DNA from: Hyaloraphidium curvatum SAG 235-1
Taxonomy: Eukaryota; Fungi; Monoblepharomycota
DNA: 64,000 nucleotides
Direction: 5' to 3'
Assembly (NCBI GenBank): GCA_025558095.1
Contig: JAIVFI010000034.1
Span: forward strand, 124,001 to 188,000
Position numbers and translations under genes: made by a program. Shown one piece after another: positions 59,787-64,000 of this stretch. Position 1 is the stretch's first letter. Each line of letters starts with the position of its first letter. The notes under the pieces were generated by a model. That model did no database searches, had not been told where the DNA came from, and worked only from the letters and a program-made list of their open reading frames with translations.

Positions 59787-62039
59787 AGTAGATGAAAGCA
59801 AATCGCATTCCGGAGCTCTCTACACTAGATCGCCCGGCATCTAGGGACCTCCGTCCTTTCCCAGCTGCTCCTTCAGGCCGAGGCGGTGCCCCACGCGGGC
59901 GCCTTGGCGTCGAGCCCCTGCACGAGCCTCTGGCGGATGAACGCGTCCTCCTCCTCGCGCTTCTTGTCCTTGCGGCGCATGGCGAGCAGCACGATGAGCG
60001 TGCAGCAGGCGGCGAGCAGGGCGAGGGTGCCGATGACGATGGCGGCGATGACGAGGGCCTCGTTGGAGGAGGTGGCGGCGGCGGGCTGGGCGACGGGGGC
60101 GACCGGGGCGGTGGTGGGCTGGGTCTGCACCGCGTTGGGGTTCGGGGGCACCGTCAGGGCGGCGTTGGCGTTCTGGTTGCTGGTGGTGGTCTGGCGGAGG
60201 GCCGGGGCGGGCACCTGCACGTCCCGGGCGAGGAGACGGCGGCGGCGCTGGCCGGCGGCCGACTGCTGGTCGAAGTAGATGCGGAAGGTGGCGTAGAAGG
60301 TGTAGTCCTGGAAGGAAGAAGGACGTCAGCGGCCGATCCAAAGCAGCCGGGCACCCGCTACTCACGGTGATCGAGTCAAAGTCGTCGGTGGTCAGGAACG
60401 AGTCGTCGTTGAAGTCGACGCCGGCCTGCTTGGGCAGCATGTTGGGCGTGACCTTCATCTCCACAACGTTGGGGTCCGCGGTCGGGAGGTAGGTGAAGTT
60501 GGTGTTGACGGCCAGGGTCGAGAGGGCGCCGACGGCGGCGGGGCCGGCGGCCGAGTCGACGAGGGTCGTGTTGACGTTGCGGGTCACGGTGGTGGCGGCG
60601 CCGATGTTGGGCGTGCGCTCGACCTTGTTGCGGCCGAGGATCATCTTGGTCAGGCGGGCCTCGTAGATGGGCAGGTCGGGCGAGGTGAAGGTGGCCGTGA
60701 GCAGGACGGTGTCGCCGAAGAAGTAGCCCTGGGGCTTGTCCGCGACCATCACGCCGGTGACCGAGGCCACGGTGTTCAGGAGCGCGTTGCAGAGGTCGAG
60801 CTCGAGGGCGCCCGAGGCGTTGGGCGTGCCGATGAGGGCGTTGGCCGTGAGCACCTTGCCCGTGCAGGTGTTGGTGTTGGCGGCGCCGGGGAAGCAGTTG
60901 GTGTCGAAGTTGAAGGCGTAGGTGCCGCCGACGTTGCAGACGTCGCCGATGGCGATCTTCAGCTGGCCGTTCTGGTAGCAGAAGTCCTGGGTCGTGAAGG
61001 CGGTGCTGGACGAGCCGTCGGTCTTGACGCAGGTGGGCAGGGTGTACGAGACGACCTCGACCGAGCCGGTGTAGCCGGGCAGGCTGATGTAGCCCGAGTC
61101 GGCGTCAAGGGTGAGGTTGTTGGGCCACCTGAGCGAAAAGTCAGATCGGTTCGGGAAGGGCGCCCGCGAGCAACGCACCTCGAGAACATGGTAAAGTCGA
61201 CAATCAGGAAGCGCTGCCCGTCGGTGATGTCGTACGACAGCCCCGTCAGGTTGAAGTTCTTGATGCCCGACTCCTCGAGGACCTTGATGTCGGTCTGCAC
61301 GTTCACGGTCGTGGGCAGGGCGATCGACACCGGGTAGGCGTAGCGCGAGGCCTGGCGGTTGCCGCCGGGGAAGGCGTCCTGCCACTCCAGGTAGACCGTG
61401 TTGTTGCGAACCTCGTAGCCGGGGCGGCTCGTGGTGTCGGGGTTGGACCAGGCGCAGCCGCGGAGCGTGCGCCAGGTGCCCGCGAGGGTGAAGTCGTAGC
61501 GGCAGGTGCCGGTGCTGCCGACCGAGTCGGCGACGCAGACGGCCGTGCCGTGCATCTCCTTGCCGAGGTACATGGTCATCTTGCGGCCGGTGACGGGCTT
61601 GGTCCACGCGGCGACGGTGATGTCGGCGCGGGTCATGTTGGTGCGGGCCGTGTCGACCTATACCGCGGCCAGGGTTAGCAGCCGATCTCCAAGGCAAGCC
61701 AAGCAGCAGATAGTCACCTGAGGGGCGTTGGTGCCCGGCTGGCCGGAGGTGCAGCCCGAGAGGGCGGCGAGCTCCGAGCGCCCGGCCCACGAGACGCCCT
61801 GGGCGTCGGAGCGCCCGACGAGGGCCAGCACGGCGGCGCCGGCGGCGGCGAGGTACGAGGTGGCGCGCATGGTGTCGGCGGCGCTGGTCTGCGGGGGTGT
61901 GATGGAGGGCGGTGCCGGGGAGCTGCGTCCTTTTGAACCGAGGCGGTAGGGACCGCCAGAATAGGGACCAAACCGACCGACGTTCGAGAGTCCCTACCGT
62001 CCCTACGACTCCTGGCCGCGGATGCGCCCGAGGCGGCCA
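59787..62039 (-). repeat. Right arm of the inverted duplication (partner 35748-37994)
   Basis: Reverse-complement identity includes the introns and promoter. Confidence 0.95.
59873..61870 (-). CDS. ZP-module-like type I membrane protein, copy 2
   Basis: Same exon structure as 35926-37925. The only protein difference I noticed is DTASRPG versus DTTSRPG. Confidence 0.85.
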
Positions 62040-62777
62040 CGTCAAAATCGAAGGAGGGCAGGTTTGGTGGTCCCGGATGTAGCGACGAGCGCAGATGGCA
62101 CCCGATCCCCGCTCCGGACCTGTCCGCACCCGACGCCGGCGATACGATTATTACTCATTCACATAGAATACAATCAATAGCTTCTTCTCGCTCGCTTTTT
62201 CCGTTTCGAGGACCGCGATCATGCATCTTCTTTTGCCAAAGTAAGGTCCTGGTTCCCCCGCGCACACAGCTAATAGCACGCTTGATCCCCAGAAGGAAAG
62301 GCCGATAGCACTCGCGTCCCGGTCCTGTTCCAGTCGGCATCCGCACACGTCCGTAGACCATACCAATTCATTTCTTCCGCACCCTGATGATGATTGGCGG
62401 CGATCGGACGGGCCTTGCCGACTTGGTGCGGTCCCCGCCGGGCCGGTCGACACGGCCGGCCGGCATGTCGGCTGTCCCCGAATTCCGTCCAGCGCTCAGA
62501 TCGGCCGGGTTCCGTAGCCTCGGACCGCCTTTTCGGCCGACGGGGAAGGGTCCGAGCGGGCGGAAGGCGCGAGTGAGTGAGGCTTCCCGGCCGCGCGGAC
62601 GTCGGAGGGGATGGTTGTCGGAAACGGCCTGGACGGCCTGGCAGCGGCCAGGGGACGCCGAGACGGGCTTGCCCGAGCTGATGGATGACTTTGCGCGGCC
62701 GATATCGGCGTCCCAGGCGGGGAATCGGTCGACCGATCTGGAATAGGGGACGCACGGTCCCTACGTGCCGAAGGGAC
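61946..62777. promoter_or_regulatory. Divergent intergenic region with GTAGGGAC-type motifs at both ends
   Basis: GTAGGGAC at 61946, ATAGGGAC at 61961, GTCCCTAC at 61990, 61999 and 62757; variants at 62743 and 62771. Confidence 0.5.
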
Positions 62778-62907
62778 CTCCGAACTTCAAACCTCTCGCC
62801 TCACCCCCCAGTGCCCCTCCCCCACCACGATGCCCTCCTCCGACGGCACCACTCCCGAGCGATCTCCTTGTGCGCCCCGCGAGTCGCGGTGCGGCCCCTG
62901 GGCGGCG

Positions 62908-64000
62908 ATGGCGCGGCGGCTGCCCGCGGTGCTGGCGGTGCTCCTGCTCGCTGCCGGGGCGGCGGGCGCCTCCGCGCCGTACACGCCTGCGGTCAAGGCG
63001 GCGGCGACCGTGCGGATGCTGGGCGGGCCGAAGCCTGCGGCGGGCGACGACTGGCTGCAGTGCGCCGAGCTGCGGCCCGAGCTGCGGCACTCCTCGGCCG
63101 GCGCTTCCTGGGAGGCGCGACTCGACGTCGCGGGCGGCCGCGTGGTGCGGTGGGCGGCCGACGCCGTGCGGAACACGCCGCCCGCCTTCCGCGCCGCCGA
63201 GGCGCCCGCGGACGACGACGCGCCGGCCGGCCTGGTCGACGAGCGCGCAGGCAAGGCCCGCCCGCCCGAGCGCCACGCCTACGTGCTCTCCGGGGACTTT
63301 GAGCACGCGGCAGACGGGGACGCGCTGCCGCCCGTGCAGTTCTGCGTGCAGTACCGCGTGCGCTGGGCGTCGGCCGTGCAGCTGTTCGTGCTGCCCGCCG
63401 GCAACGCGCCCGAGGGCGACGACGTGCGCTACCTGGCCGCGGACGGCCGCGCCTTCTCGCTCGACGCAGAGCCCACGCCCTCCTCCGACGGCGCGCAGCC
63501 CGCAGCGCACCTCATCCGCATGCGCCAGAACGGCGGCGGCGGCTTCAGCTTCGTCAAGAACTTTGACGAGGGCTTCTGCCGCTGCCTGTCCGGCGTCAGC
63601 GGCGGCTTCCAGTACGACGTGCAGGGCGGGCGCACCTCAAAGACCATGACCACCACGTCGCGCACTCGCACGTCGACCTCGGTCACAAACACACGCACCA
63701 CCACCACCAAGCCGCGCCCGTCGCCGACCTCGGTCATCGCCGGCCGCATCTACATCGACTCGAACGGCAACGGCATCTACGACGACGGAGGTGAGTGTAC
63801 TGGCCTCCCTGCTCCGCATCCCGCCTCACTCCCTACCCGCCATTCCAGAGCTCGGCATCGCCAACGTCGCCGTCTCCCTCACCGGCACCGACGCCCGCGG
63901 CGCCGCCACCAACCTGACCGTCTTCTCCGACCCCGACGGCCTCTACTCCTTCACCGACCTCTGGGGCACCAGCACGGGCTTCACCATCACCGAGACCCAG
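62908..64000 (+). CDS. Secreted adhesin-like protein, 5' part: N-domain shared with 43593, Thr-rich linker, SdrD B-like domain; runs off the window and is absent from the ORF track
   Basis: MARRLPAVLAVLLLAAGAAGA signal peptide; IAGRIYIDSNGNGIYDDG|ELGIANVAVSLTGTD...DGLYSFTDL; intron 63791-63848. Confidence 0.82.
   Translation, partial: MARRLPAVLAVLLLAAGAAGASAPYTPAVKAAATVRMLGGPKPAAGDDWLQCAELRPELRHSSAGASWEARLDVAGGRVVRWAADAVRNTPPAFRAAEAPADDDAPAGLVDERAGKARPPERHAYVLSGDFEHAADGDALPPVQFCVQYRVRWASAVQLFVLPAGNAPEGDDVRYLAADGRAFSLDAEPTPSSDGAQPAAHLIRMRQNGGGGFSFVKNFDEGFCRCLSGVSGGFQYDVQGGRTSKTMTTTSRTRTSTSVTNTRTTTTKPRPSPTSVIAGRIYIDSNGNGIYDDGGECTGLPAPHPASLPTRHSRARHRQRRRLPHRHRRPRRRHQPDRLLRPRRPLLLHRPLGHQHGLHHHRDP

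Overview
GC-rich (roughly 65-70% by eye), gene-dense eukaryotic DNA with many short GT-AG introns (CTGAC/CTAAC-type branch points). The genes include a fungal-type transcription factor and a CBM18-chitin deacetylase, so this is most likely a fungus. My inference, unproven, is an early-diverging, chytrid/Monoblepharidomycete-like lineage. About 30 protein genes are supported: metabolic and detox enzymes (several bacterial-looking), two MFS paralogs, a MATE, a hybrid histidine kinase, panB, a Deg/HtrA protease, two class-3 lipases and several uncharacterised cell-surface proteins. Most long ORFs in the supplied track are GC-rich shadow frames. Highlights: (1) a near-identical ~2.25 kb inverted duplication of a spliced gene that brackets ~22 kb and encodes a type I membrane protein with zona-pellucida (ZP)-module-like architecture; (2) a GTAGGGAC/GTCCCTAC motif clustered upstream of both ZP-like copies, two paralogous secreted adhesin-like genes and the histidine kinase, suggesting a cell-surface regulon; (3) an FtsJ-like methyltransferase with a Ded1/DDX3-like N-terminus; (4) lipase-GTPase and LRAT-glycine-zipper fusions; (5) a small inverted duplication at a convergent gene junction. 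I saw no rRNA, tRNA, CRISPR array or transposase. Family calls come from recognising motifs; no database searches were run.
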